Positions 22,708 through 31,600 of a DNA stretch of 32,972 nucleotides are shown here, piece by piece (within the stretch, counting starts at the first letter, position 1; the number at the start of each line of letters is the position of its first letter). Origin of the DNA: Candidatus Beckwithbacteria bacterium (GTDB lineage Bacteria; Patescibacteriota; Microgenomatia; UBA1400; CG1-02-47-37); assembly GCA_043826085.1 (NCBI GenBank), contig JBDRQW010000012.1, positions 1 to 32,972 of the forward strand, in the 5' to 3' direction. A program made the translations under genes and the position numbers. Under the pieces are notes generated by a model. It was not told the origin of the DNA. It ran no database searches and was given only the letters and a program-made list of their open reading frames with translations.

Positions 22708-22879
22708 ATACTTTGAAAAACAAAAAAGAAAACCAAAGTTTCCTTCAAGACAAAAAAACCGTTGTCAACTTTGTGGTCGACCTAGAGCCTATATTAGACT
22801 CTTTGGTGTTTGTAGGTTATGTTTTAGAAAATTAGCCCAAAAAGGTGAATTACCCGGAGTTACCAAAGCCAGTTGGTAA
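22694..22879 (+). CDS. rpsZ: 30S ribosomal protein S14 type Z (zinc-binding)
   Basis: RCQLCGRPR...CRLCFR...PGVTKASW. Confidence 0.97.
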   Translation: MSKVKYFEKQKRKPKFPSRQKNRCQLCGRPRAYIRLFGVCRLCFRKLAQKGELPGVTKASW

Positions 22880-22885
22880 ATTAAT

Positions 22886-23278
22886 ATGCTATCAGATCCT
22901 ATTGCAGACTTGTTAACCAGAATTAGAAACGCCAAATTGGTTAATCATAAAAAGGTTTCTATTCCACATTCAATCTTAAAAGAAAATATTGTAAAAATTT
23001 TAAAAATCAAAGGCTATATTAAAGATTATATGACAGAAGGTAAAGTTCCTCAGAAAATCTTAAAAATCAATTTAAAGTATCGCCATAAAATCTCAGCCAT
23101 TAATCAAATAATAAGAATTTCCAAACCCGGAGTCAGAATTTACGCTAATTTCTCAGAACTTTCAAAATTAATGAGAGGCAGGGGCACTGTTATTCTTTCA
23201 ACTTCAAAAGGTGTTATGACTGCTCAAGATGCAAAAAAAAATAATTTAGGAGGAGAAGTTCTTTTAAAGGTAAGCTAA
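22886..23278 (+). CDS. rpsH: 30S ribosomal protein S8
   Basis: DPIADLLTRIRNA and STSKGVMT. Confidence 0.98.
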   Translation: MLSDPIADLLTRIRNAKLVNHKKVSIPHSILKENIVKILKIKGYIKDYMTEGKVPQKILKINLKYRHKISAINQIIRISKPGVRIYANFSELSKLMRGRGTVILSTSKGVMTAQDAKKNNLGGEVLLKVS

Positions 23279-23279
23279 T

Positions 23280-23828
23280 ATGTCTAGAATCGGCAAACAA
23301 CCAGTCATTATTCCAAAAGAAGTCACCCTGGAAATAAAAAATGATCTCATGACTGTTTCTTCAAAAGGAAATATTTTAACTCAAACTATTCCGGCAGGAA
23401 TTGAGGTTACCCTTAAAGATAATCTAGCTACTGTTACTGTAAAAAATTCTTCAAATCAAACCAAGGCTTATCATGGTTTGGTTAGAAGCTTGCTTTTTAA
23501 TATGGTTGAGGGGGTTACCAAAGGTTACTCTAAAACTTTAGTTTTGGAAGGCACCGGTTTTAGAGTCGAAGCCAAAGACAAAGGCATTGAGCTATCACTT
23601 GGTTTTTCTCACCCGGTTATTTATCAAGCTCCGGAATCCATTAAAATAGAAGTTAAAGATAATAAAACCATTATAATATCAGGAGCAGACAAACAACTGG
23701 TTGGTCAAGTGGCCGCTAAAATAAGAGAATATAAAAAACCGGATTCTTATAAAGGCAAAGGAGTTAGATATCAAGGCGAAGTTGTTAAATTAAAACCGGG
23801 TAAATCCGCAAAAGCGGCTGAAGCTTAA
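23280..23828 (+). CDS. rplF: 50S ribosomal protein L6
   Basis: [15 protein letters not shown] and YKGKGVRY. Confidence 0.98.
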   Translation: MSRIGKQPVIIPKEVTLEIKNDLMTVSSKGNILTQTIPAGIEVTLKDNLATVTVKNSSNQTKAYHGLVRSLLFNMVEGVTKGYSKTLVLEGTGFRVEAKDKGIELSLGFSHPVIYQAPESIKIEVKDNKTIIISGADKQLVGQVAAKIREYKKPDSYKGKGVRYQGEVVKLKPGKSAKAAEA

Positions 23829-23830
23829 AT

Positions 23831-24148
23831 ATGATTAATAGATACAAAGATTTAAAAACTAAAAGAAAAATCAGAACCAGAGCCACTTTAACTACCAATA
23901 AAGATAGGCCGCGGCTAACAGTTTTTAGAAGTAACAAATTTATTTATGCTCAAATTATAGATGACATTAAAGGTATTACTCTAGTCAGTGCTACTGCCAA
24001 AAAAGCCACTGATTTAGGTGTTGCTATCGCCAAAAAAGCCAAACTTAAAAAAATTAATAAAGTAGTTTTTGATCGTGGTTCTTACAAGTATCACGGCCGT
24101 GTCAAAGCTCTAGCCGAGGCCGCCAGAAAAACCGGTTTAAAATTTTAA
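23831..24148 (+). CDS. rplR: 50S ribosomal protein L18 (short form)
   Basis: [10 protein letters not shown] and [13 protein letters not shown]. Confidence 0.97.
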   Translation: MINRYKDLKTKRKIRTRATLTTNKDRPRLTVFRSNKFIYAQIIDDIKGITLVSATAKKATDLGVAIAKKAKLKKINKVVFDRGSYKYHGRVKALAEAARKTGLKF

Positions 24149-24154
24149 TATAAT

Positions 24155-24661
24155 ATGATGCAACCACCACAAAAAAATCAAAGAAATCAAGGTAGATATC
24201 AACAGGATAAAGAATTTGACGAAAAAGTTATTCAAGTCAATCGTGTTTCCAAAAAAACTAAGGGTGGTAACCAAATCGGTTTTTCTGTTCTCATGGTTAT
24301 TGGCGATAAAAAAGGTCGGGTTGGAGTTGGTCTGGGTAAAGCCAAGGACGTTCTCTCCTCAATCAAAAAAGGTATTAAAAAAGCCAAAAAAAATCTTATC
24401 ACTGTGCCCATGAGAAAAGACACTATTCCTCATGATATTCTTGTCAAATTTGGTGCCGCTAAAGTTATGCTTAAGCCGGCTCCTAAAGGTAGTGGTATTA
24501 TTGCCGGAGGAGCTGTTCGATCAGTTATGGAAGCCGCCGGAGTTAAAAATGTTTCCAGCAAAGTCCTTGGAACCAGAAACAAGGCCTCAAATGTTTACTG
24601 TACAATCAAAGCATTAAAACAACTTCAAAAATATACTGAGCTAACAAAGGAGAAAAAATGA
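24155..24661 (+). CDS. rpsE: 30S ribosomal protein S5
   Basis: RVSKKTKGG and GSGIIAGG. Confidence 0.98.
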   Translation: MMQPPQKNQRNQGRYQQDKEFDEKVIQVNRVSKKTKGGNQIGFSVLMVIGDKKGRVGVGLGKAKDVLSSIKKGIKKAKKNLITVPMRKDTIPHDILVKFGAAKVMLKPAPKGSGIIAGGAVRSVMEAAGVKNVSSKVLGTRNKASNVYCTIKALKQLQKYTELTKEKK

Positions 24662-25200
24662 CTTTAAATACACTTACAAAAACAAAAGATAAATCAAAAA
24701 AAAGAGTTGGTCGCGGTTATGGTTCAGGTAAAGGTGGTCACACTTCCGGTCGTGGTGCCAAAGGCCAAAAAGCCAGAAGTAAGGTGCCACTTTATTTTGA
24801 AGGTACCCCAATGAGAAAAAGTTTAATAAGGAGAATTCCTATGTTACGTGGAAAATTAAAAAACAAACCGGTTGGTATCAAACCCATAATTATAAATCTA
24901 AAACACTTGGTGACTTTTAAAAAAGATCAAACAGTATCTGTCGAAACTTTAATCAAAAATAAAGTATTGCCGGCAAATGCCAAGGGTTTACCAGTCAAAA
25001 TTTTGGGAGATGGTGACCTTAAGGTAGCTTTAACAGTTACTTTACCTACTTCAAAATCCGCCGCCAAAAAAATTAAAAAAGCTGGCGGTAAAATAATATC
25101 TCCCACTCCCGGAGTGAAGAAAAAACCAAAAACTCCCACTCCCGGAGTGAAACCTGCCTGCGCAGGCAGGGAAGTTCCCACTCCGGGAGTGATTAAATGA
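24658..25200 (+). CDS. rplO: 50S ribosomal protein L15 with a repeat-derived tail
   Basis: [11 protein letters not shown] and VKILGDG. Confidence 0.98.
   Translation: MTLNTLTKTKDKSKKRVGRGYGSGKGGHTSGRGAKGQKARSKVPLYFEGTPMRKSLIRRIPMLRGKLKNKPVGIKPIIINLKHLVTFKKDQTVSVETLIKNKVLPANAKGLPVKILGDGDLKVALTVTLPTSKSAAKKIKKAGGKIISPTPGVKKKPKTPTPGVKPACAGREVPTPGVIK
25104..25191. repeat. Family B single unit (25104-25116) plus doublet with nested 18-nt palindrome (25137-25191) in the rplO tail
   Basis: Encodes TPGV...[18 protein letters not shown]. Confidence 0.96.
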
Positions 25201-26471
25201 ATCTCCAACCAATTTTAAATATATTTAAAATTAAAGACTTAAGAAAAAAGATTTTAATTACCCTTTTTATCTTTGTTATTTTTCGTTTTATCGCCCACAT
25301 TCCGGTTCCCGGAGTTGACGTTAATGCTCTAAAACAACTTTTTGGCGGAAATCAACTTTTAGGGTTGCTTGATATTTTTTCCGGTGGAACTTTAGCCAAC
25401 TTTTCGGTTATGGCTTTAGGTTTAGGACCCTACATCAACGCCTCAATTGTTTTCAATCTACTTACTATTATCTTTCCAAAATTAGAAGAAATCAGTAAAG
25501 AGGGCGAGTATGGTCGAGAAAAAATCAATCAATGGACTAGAATGTTATCTATTCCCTTGGCCGCCATTCAAAGCATCGGCATGGTCGCTTTACTTAAAAA
25601 TCAACAAATCATCAACTTATCAAACCCCTTATTTAGTCTTAGTACGGTAATTACTATGGTTGCCGGCACAGTTTTACTAATGTGGTTGGGTGAACTTCTT
25701 ACCGAGTATGGCATTGGCAATGGCATTTCTTTGCTCATTTTTGCCGGTATTGTTGGTCGTTTGCCCGTCTCTTTACTTCAAACCTCTTCAATCAGTCAAA
25801 CCCTAAACTTTGTTAGTATTATTACTTTTGCTATTTTAGGCTTGTTGGTAATTTCAGGCATTATTTATGTCAATGAAGCCACTCGTCAAATAAAAGTTCG
25901 TTATGCCAGAAGAGTCAGTGGTCGGACTCAACCCGGCCAATCAACCCACCTACCATTAAGAGTCAATCAAGCCGGAGTTATTCCTATCATTTTTGCTGTT
26001 TCCCTGGTTTTAATGCCATCAGTTTTGGGTAATTTTTTAACCGGAGTCAGTAATCCAAAAATAGTTGCTTTTGCCACTAATTTAGTTAATATTTTTGATC
26101 CCAACAAAGTTCCTTACCATGTTATCTATTTACTTCTGGTAATTGCCTTTACTTATTTTTATACTGCGGTTACTTTTAATCCGGATAAAATTTCAGAAGA
26201 TATTAAAAAATATGGTGGTTTTATTCCCGGTATCAGGCCCGGTAAACCTACCGCTGATTATCTGTCTTATGTTTTAAACAGAATTACTTTGGCTGGTGCT
26301 TTATTTTTAGGTCTAATTGCCATTCTCCCTTCCATTGCCAGTTATTTAACCGGTATCACCACTCTCACTATTGGCGGTACCGGTATTTTAATCGTTGTTT
26401 CTGTTATTCTGGAAACTAGTAAAAACTTTGAATCTCAATTAATTATGCGAAACTACGACAGTTTCCTATAA
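25197..26471 (+). CDS. secY: Preprotein translocase SecY
   Basis: Multi-TM protein; [20 protein letters not shown] and FIPGIRPG. Confidence 0.99.
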   Translation: MNLQPILNIFKIKDLRKKILITLFIFVIFRFIAHIPVPGVDVNALKQLFGGNQLLGLLDIFSGGTLANFSVMALGLGPYINASIVFNLLTIIFPKLEEISKEGEYGREKINQWTRMLSIPLAAIQSIGMVALLKNQQIINLSNPLFSLSTVITMVAGTVLLMWLGELLTEYGIGNGISLLIFAGIVGRLPVSLLQTSSISQTLNFVSIITFAILGLLVISGIIYVNEATRQIKVRYARRVSGRTQPGQSTHLPLRVNQAGVIPIIFAVSLVLMPSVLGNFLTGVSNPKIVAFATNLVNIFDPNKVPYHVIYLLLVIAFTYFYTAVTFNPDKISEDIKKYGGFIPGIRPGKPTADYLSYVLNRITLAGALFLGLIAILPSIASYLTGITTLTIGGTGILIVVSVILETSKNFESQLIMRNYDSFL

Positions 26472-26472
26472 A

Positions 26473-27048
26473 ATGTTTATAATCTTTTACGGGCCGGAAG
26501 GCTCAGGCAAATCAACTCAAGCTAAAATGTTAGCCGAAAAACTCGGTGTTCCTTATTTAGGTTCAGGGGATTTAGTTAGAAAATACGCTGCCGAGGATAA
26601 GGGTATTATGGGCGACGCTTGCCGAGATGTTTTTAAAACCGGCCACTACTTGGCTGACTCGGAAATATTTGTTTTATGGAAAGATCGTTTAAAGGAAGAC
26701 GATGTTCAAGATGGTTTTGTTATCGATGGTTTTCCCAGAAACCACACTCAAGCTTTATTTTTAGCTGACAAACTGGATAAATACAAAAAAACCGTTAACT
26801 TTGTTTTTTATCTTAATATTTCTCAACCGGAATCTATTAAACGTTTGCTTAATAGAGGTCGAAAAAGCCCGGATGGTTCGCTTCATGATTCAGAAGAAAA
26901 AATAAAATCAAGACTAAATATCTATCAAAAACAAGAAGCCGACGTCTTAAAGTTTTATCAAGAAAACAAGTTACTAAAAACCATCAACGGTGAACAGTCC
27001 ATAGAAGCCATTCACCAAGATGTTCTAAAGGTGGTTAATAATGGCTAA
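26473..27048 (+). CDS. adk: Adenylate kinase (short LID)
   Basis: GPEGSGKSTQA, DGFPR and position after secY. Confidence 0.9.
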   Translation: MFIIFYGPEGSGKSTQAKMLAEKLGVPYLGSGDLVRKYAAEDKGIMGDACRDVFKTGHYLADSEIFVLWKDRLKEDDVQDGFVIDGFPRNHTQALFLADKLDKYKKTVNFVFYLNISQPESIKRLLNRGRKSPDGSLHDSEEKIKSRLNIYQKQEADVLKFYQENKLLKTINGEQSIEAIHQDVLKVVNNG

Positions 27049-27613
27049 TAAAAAAATCGTCATTGCCATAGTTGGTATGGCCGGTAGTGGCAAGTCAATT
27101 AGTTGTGCTCACTTTAAGAGTCTTGGCTACCCGATTTTAAGGTTTGGCGATCAAACAGACATTGGTTTAAAAGAATTAGGTCTTTCTTTAATTGAAGCTA
27201 ATGAGAAAAAATATCGGGAAGATTTGAGAAAAAATTATGGTATGAAAGCTTACGCCGTAAAAATAGAGCCACGCATTATAAAGGCCTTTAAAAAATCAGA
27301 CATAGTTTTTTTAGATGGGCTTTATTCTTGGGAAGAATATACTTATTTAAAAAGCAAGTTTAGTAATTTTTTTCTTATTTGTATTTATGCTCGTCCGGCT
27401 GTTCGTTATCAACGCTTAGTTAAACGTTTAATTCGTCCTTTAACAAAAAAAGATGCCCATCAACGTGATATTGCCGAATTAGTCAATCTTCACAAAGGCG
27501 GACCAATTGCCATGGCTGATTTTTTAATTAAAAACAACAAACAAACCAAAAAGCTCTTCGACAAACTCACCGACACCCTCACCCTAATTAAAAATCACGC
27601 TCCAGGAGCGTGA
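27041..27613 (+). CDS. P-loop nucleotide kinase, archaeal-like dephospho-CoA kinase/UPF0200-type
   Basis: VGMAGSGKS P-loop, DGLYSWEE, RD..E and IAMADFLIKN motifs. Confidence 0.7.
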   Translation: MANKKIVIAIVGMAGSGKSISCAHFKSLGYPILRFGDQTDIGLKELGLSLIEANEKKYREDLRKNYGMKAYAVKIEPRIIKAFKKSDIVFLDGLYSWEEYTYLKSKFSNFFLICIYARPAVRYQRLVKRLIRPLTKKDAHQRDIAELVNLHKGGPIAMADFLIKNNKQTKKLFDKLTDTLTLIKNHAPGA

Positions 27614-27614
27614 T
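27594..27614. repeat. Family B variant palindrome supplying the kinase stop and the putative map GTG start
   Basis: Perfect ATCACGCTCC-A-GGAGCGTGAT. Confidence 0.85.
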
Positions 27615-28362
27615 AGAGGTAACTATGAATAAAATCAATTTAATGGCAGAAGGTGGAGCTAAGTTACACCAAATAAAAGAAGATTTAAAAAAAATTTCCA
27701 AACCTGGAGTCAGGTTAAGCGAAATTGAGGCTAAAGCCCAAACTTTAATTAAAAAAGCCGGTGGTAAACCTAGTTTTGCTATGGTCCCGGGCTACTCTTG
27801 GGCCACCTGTATTAATCTTAATGAAGGTTTGGTTCATGGCATTCCCGATGATAAACAATTAAAACTGGGCGACCTTGTTTCTATAGATGTTGGCATTTTC
27901 TATAAAGGTTTTCACACAGATTCGTGCATTAGTTTTATTGTTGGCAATCTAACTGATTATCCCAAAAAGCAAGAATTTTTAGAAACCGGTCAACAAGCCT
28001 TAGATTTAGCTATAAAACAAGCTAAAATAGGCAACCATATTGGTCATATTTCAAAAATAATACAAGAGATTATCGAAGCCAAAGGCTATAATGTTTCTAG
28101 AAATTTTACCGGTCACGGTATCAGTACTGTTCTTCATGAACAACCAATGATTCCTTGTTTTCTAGAAGGGGAAATCAAAAACACTCCTGCTATTACCAAA
28201 AATCAAACTTTGGCTATCGAAGTTATTTATATGGCTGGCAACTCAGATACCATCACTGATAAAAAAGACAACTGGACTGTAGTCACCAAAGATAATCAAA
28301 TAGCCGGCATAGTCGAGCACACTATTGCAGTGACAGGGTCTGACCCTGTCATCCTTACTTAA
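27610..28362 (+). CDS. map: Methionine aminopeptidase type I
   Basis: VHGIP, DVG...HTD, GHGI...LHEQP, AIE and EHTIAVT motifs. The start may be ATG 27625. Confidence 0.96.
   Translation: MIEVTMNKINLMAEGGAKLHQIKEDLKKISKPGVRLSEIEAKAQTLIKKAGGKPSFAMVPGYSWATCINLNEGLVHGIPDDKQLKLGDLVSIDVGIFYKGFHTDSCISFIVGNLTDYPKKQEFLETGQQALDLAIKQAKIGNHIGHISKIIQEIIEAKGYNVSRNFTGHGISTVLHEQPMIPCFLEGEIKNTPAITKNQTLAIEVIYMAGNSDTITDKKDNWTVVTKDNQIAGIVEHTIAVTGSDPVILT
28331..28351. repeat. Family E palindrome in-frame in the map C-terminus (TGSDPV)
   Basis: Perfect TGACAGGGTC-T-GACCCTGTCA. Confidence 0.85.
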
Positions 28363-28367
28363 AGATA

Positions 28368-28396
28368 TAGAAAAATTATTAATTATCTGATATAAT
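28368..28396 (+). promoter_or_regulatory. Putative infA promoter (very short leader)
   Basis: TAGAAA-17 bp-TATAAT with extended TG, ending 10 nt before the ATG. Confidence 0.6.
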
Positions 28397-28406
28397 ACTT
28401 ACAACA

Positions 28407-28628
28407 ATGAGTCAGAAAGACATCATAGAAATAGAAGGTGTAGTCGTTGAGAATCTTCCCAATGCCACTTTTAAAGTAAAAGTTGACAACTCAGACAAAA
28501 CCATTTTTTGTCATTTAGGTGGTAAGATGCGAATGTATAGGATTCGCGTTCTTCCGGGAGATAAAGTTAAGGTAGAACAATCTCCTTACGATGAAACCAA
28601 AGGTCGAATCGTTTACAGATTAAAATAA
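28407..28628 (+). CDS. infA: Translation initiation factor IF-1
   Basis: LPNATFKV and [16 protein letters not shown]. Confidence 0.98.
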   Translation: MSQKDIIEIEGVVVENLPNATFKVKVDNSDKTIFCHLGGKMRMYRIRVLPGDKVKVEQSPYDETKGRIVYRLK

Positions 28629-28636
28629 TTAACAAC

Positions 28637-28677
28637 CTCAAAACCTGCTAAAAACTACTTGGTTTTGAGATTTTTTT
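28637..28677 (+). promoter_or_regulatory. Hairpin plus T tract directly before rpmJ
   Basis: CTCAAAACC...GGTTTTGAG then ATTTTTTT-ATG. Confidence 0.45.
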
Positions 28678-28791
28678 ATGAAAGTACAAGCGTCAGTTAA
28701 AAAAAGATGCATCAAATGCAAAATAGTCCGTCGTAAGGGGAAGGTCTATGTTATATGTGAAAACCCTCGCCATAAACAGCGTCAAGGATAA
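28678..28791 (+). CDS. rpmJ: 50S ribosomal protein L36 (37 aa; below the ORF-track cutoff)
   Basis: [37 protein letters not shown]. Confidence 0.98.
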   Translation: MKVQASVKKRCIKCKIVRRKGKVYVICENPRHKQRQG

Positions 28792-28793
28792 TT

Positions 28794-29189
28794 ATGCCAA
28801 GAATTTCCGGTATTGATTTACCACAAAACAAAAAAACAGGAATAGCCTTAACTTACATTTATGGTGTTGGCCGAGACAATGCCAAAGACATCTTAAAGTT
28901 AGCTAACGTCGACCCGGATAAAAGAGCTAAAGATTTAACCTCAGATGAAGTGGTTAGAATCCAAAAATCACTGGAAACTTTTCCCATAGAAGGTTCTCTA
29001 AGAAAAATCATTACTGAAAATATTAAAAGGTTAAGGCAAATTGGCACTTACAGAGGTATGCGTCATGCCGCCAAGTTACCGGCTCGAGGTCAAAGAACCA
29101 GACACAATGCCAGAACCAGGCGTGGTCGAAGAATGACAGTAGGATCCTTAAAAAAAGAGGATGCTGCTAAAATTGATACAAAGAAATAA
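28794..29189 (+). CDS. rpsM: 30S ribosomal protein S13
   Basis: ALTYIYGVG and RGQRTRHNARTR. Confidence 0.99.
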   Translation: MPRISGIDLPQNKKTGIALTYIYGVGRDNAKDILKLANVDPDKRAKDLTSDEVVRIQKSLETFPIEGSLRKIITENIKRLRQIGTYRGMRHAAKLPARGQRTRHNARTRRGRRMTVGSLKKEDAAKIDTKK

Positions 29190-29194
29190 CATAA

Positions 29195-29230
29195 AGGTTA
29201 CGAACTCGAACTTCTTAAAGTTCGTAACCT
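29195..29230. repeat. Family C hairpin repeat (intergenic, rpsM-rpsK)
   Basis: AGGTTACGAACT-CGAACTTCTTAA-AGTTCGTAACCT, identical to the core of 19149-19186. Confidence 0.95.
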
Positions 29231-29238
29231 GAACATTT

Positions 29239-29619
29239 ATGAAAAATAACAAACCCACCACCTCAACCACTCAAATAACTTCCGGTAAAATTTTTATTAC
29301 CGCTACATTTAATAATACTTTGATTTCTATTACAGATATCAAAGGCAATGTTATTTGTTGGGGTTCAACCGGAGCTTCAGGTTTTAAAGGCTCAAGAAAG
29401 TCAACCCCTTATGCGGCTACTACCGCTATTGAAACAGCCATTAATAAAGCCAAAGACCGTGGTCTATCTACAGTTCAGATTTTTATCAAAGGACCGGGCT
29501 CTGGTCGTGATGCCATCCTTGGCGTTGTTAGATCAAGTGGATTAAAAGTTACTAAAATATCAGACATCACTCCCATTCCTCACAATGGTTGTCGTCCTAA
29601 AAAAAGGCGAAGAGGTTAA
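29239..29619 (+). CDS. rpsK: 30S ribosomal protein S11
   Basis: [18 protein letters not shown] and PIPHNGCRP. Confidence 0.99.
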   Translation: MKNNKPTTSTTQITSGKIFITATFNNTLISITDIKGNVICWGSTGASGFKGSRKSTPYAATTAIETAINKAKDRGLSTVQIFIKGPGSGRDAILGVVRSSGLKVTKISDITPIPHNGCRPKKRRRG

Positions 29620-29624
29620 ATAAT

Positions 29625-30239
29625 ATGGCAAAAATTTCAACCAAAAGAGGTAAGTTAGTCAGAAAATTTCAAGAAAATATTTTTGGAAATCCAAAATTTG
29701 ATAAACTTCTTGCCAAAAAACCTCATCCACCGGGGTTTCATGGCAAAAAATTAAGAAGAAGACTTTCAGACTATGGTTCTCAATTAAAAGAAAAACAAAA
29801 ATTAAAAACCGCCTACGGTGTTTTAGAAAGACAATTTAGAAGATATTATAAGGTGGCCAGAAAAACTCAAACCGCTACCGGAGAAAAATTATTGCAAATT
29901 TTAGAGTCACGTTTAGATAATTTGGTTTACAGAGCTGGTTTTGCTTCTACCAGACCGGCTGCTCGTCAGCTGGTTTCTCACGGGCATATAGAGATTGATG
30001 GTAAAAAAGTTAACATTCCTTCATACTTAGTTAAAATCGGTCAAGTTATTAGTTTAGACAAAAAGGGTCAAAAAATTCCTGACATAGTTGCTCTTCTTGC
30101 TAAAGCCAAAAAAGATTTAATTATTCCAAAGTGGCTAACCAGAAAAGCAATTGCCGCTAAACTTGAAAGATTGCCAGAACGCGATGAAATCGATATTAAT
30201 ATTCAAGAGCAACTCATAGTTGAGTTCTACTCAAGATAA
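29625..30239 (+). CDS. rpsD: 30S ribosomal protein S4
   Basis: QLKEKQK, LESRLDN, ARQLVSHGH and IVEFYSR. Confidence 0.99.
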   Translation: MAKISTKRGKLVRKFQENIFGNPKFDKLLAKKPHPPGFHGKKLRRRLSDYGSQLKEKQKLKTAYGVLERQFRRYYKVARKTQTATGEKLLQILESRLDNLVYRAGFASTRPAARQLVSHGHIEIDGKKVNIPSYLVKIGQVISLDKKGQKIPDIVALLAKAKKDLIIPKWLTRKAIAAKLERLPERDEIDINIQEQLIVEFYSR

Positions 30240-30252
30240 AGGAGATTATCTT

Positions 30253-31170
30253 ATGATCAAACCAAACTTTAAAACCACTGTCATCGCCGAGACAGACGAC
30301 TTCGGCAAGTTTGAACTAACCCCTCTGGAAAAAGGTTACGGCCAAACCATTGGCAATGCCTTGCGCCGTGTTTTATTATCAAGCTTATCAGGGGCCGCCA
30401 TCGCCAAAGTCTCAATTGAAGGAGTTAATCATCAATTTACTACTTTATCAGGAGTCAAAGAAGATATTGTCGAGTTACTTTTAAATTTAAAACAAGTTAG
30501 GTTAAGCTACAAAGGTGAAAAGCCGGTTGAGTTAAGTTTAAACGCTGTTGGTCCGGGAGAAATTAAAGCCGGAGATATTAAACTTCCCGCTAATGTAAAA
30601 ATTGCCAATAAAGACTTGGTTTTAGCCACTCTTTCAGACAAAAACTCAAAGTTAGATGCTAAACTCTTAGTCGAAACCGGTCATGGTTACTTACCGGCCA
30701 GAAATCGTCAGGCCAGTAAACTCGGCCAAATGATTTTAGATGCTTCATTTTCCCCGGTTACCAGAGTTAACTATCAAGTAGAAGTTACTCGCGTTGGTAG
30801 AAAAATCGACTTGGATAAACTGGTCATGGAAATCTATACAGACGGTACTATCAAGCCATCAAAAGCATTAGAGCAAGCCGCTTCTATTCTAATTTCTTCA
30901 TTTACTCAAATCGTTGACCCGACTTTTGAGGTTAAGTTAGAAGAAGATATAGAAGAAGAAGATGACAATGAATCTCTAAGATTATCAGTCGAGGAATTGG
31001 ATTTACCGACCCGTATTGCTAATGCCTTACGCAATGGCGGTTACTCAACTGTTAAAGAACTGTCCAAAGCCACTCGTTCAGACATCACCAAAGTCAAAAA
31101 CTTGGGAGGTAAGTCAATTGATATTATCATTGATAAACTGAAAGAAAAAGACGTTATCATTAAAAAGTAA
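30253..31170 (+). CDS. rpoA: RNA polymerase alpha subunit
   Basis: PLEKGYGQTIGNALRRVLL and alpha-CTD; AAGGAG RBS before ATG 30253. Confidence 0.99.
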   Translation: MIKPNFKTTVIAETDDFGKFELTPLEKGYGQTIGNALRRVLLSSLSGAAIAKVSIEGVNHQFTTLSGVKEDIVELLLNLKQVRLSYKGEKPVELSLNAVGPGEIKAGDIKLPANVKIANKDLVLATLSDKNSKLDAKLLVETGHGYLPARNRQASKLGQMILDASFSPVTRVNYQVEVTRVGRKIDLDKLVMEIYTDGTIKPSKALEQAASILISSFTQIVDPTFEVKLEEDIEEEDDNESLRLSVEELDLPTRIANALRNGGYSTVKELSKATRSDITKVKNLGGKSIDIIIDKLKEKDVIIKK

Positions 31171-31172
31171 TT

Positions 31173-31598
31173 ATGAAACATAGAATGAAAGGTAAAAAAC
31201 TTGGTAGAAATATCAAGCAAAGAAAAGCTTTGTTTAAAAGTTTGATTACTAACTTAATTTTTAAGCAACAGATCAAAACAACTGAGGCCAAAGCCAAAGC
31301 CATTAAGCCATTAATCGATAAATTAATGACCAAAGCTAAGCAGGGCTCTCTTTCCTATCGTCGTCAAGTTATTGGTTTTCTATCTCACCAAAAAGCCGCC
31401 AATCACCTCTTTGATGTTGTTGCTCCTCAAACTAAAAAAAGAACCTCTGGTTTTACTCGAGTAGTTCGATTAGGCCAAAGAAAGGGTGATAATACCATGA
31501 TGGCCAAAATCGAATTTGTTGACAAGAAGTCCGTTGGTTCCGAACTTTCAGCGACCCGCAACGAAGTGAAGGGTAGTTCGGAACCTTCTAAAAAATAA
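31173..31598 (+). CDS. rplQ: 50S ribosomal protein L17 with a repeat-derived tail
   Basis: IKTTEAKAK, GFTRV and RKGD. Confidence 0.98.
   Translation: MKHRMKGKKLGRNIKQRKALFKSLITNLIFKQQIKTTEAKAKAIKPLIDKLMTKAKQGSLSYRRQVIGFLSHQKAANHLFDVVAPQTKKRTSGFTRVVRLGQRKGDNTMMAKIEFVDKKSVGSELSATRNEVKGSSEPSKK
31536..31585. repeat. Family C-like arms enclosing a different cargo, in-frame in the rplQ tail
   Basis: GGTTCCGAACT-TTCAGCGACCCGCAACGAAGTGAAGGGT-AGTTCGGAACC. Confidence 0.85.
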
Positions 31599-31600
31599 CT

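Noticed and set aside
24655-24665. Missing rpmD (uL30) between rpsE and rplO
   Set aside because: This is an established CPR trait, used only as a taxonomic clue.
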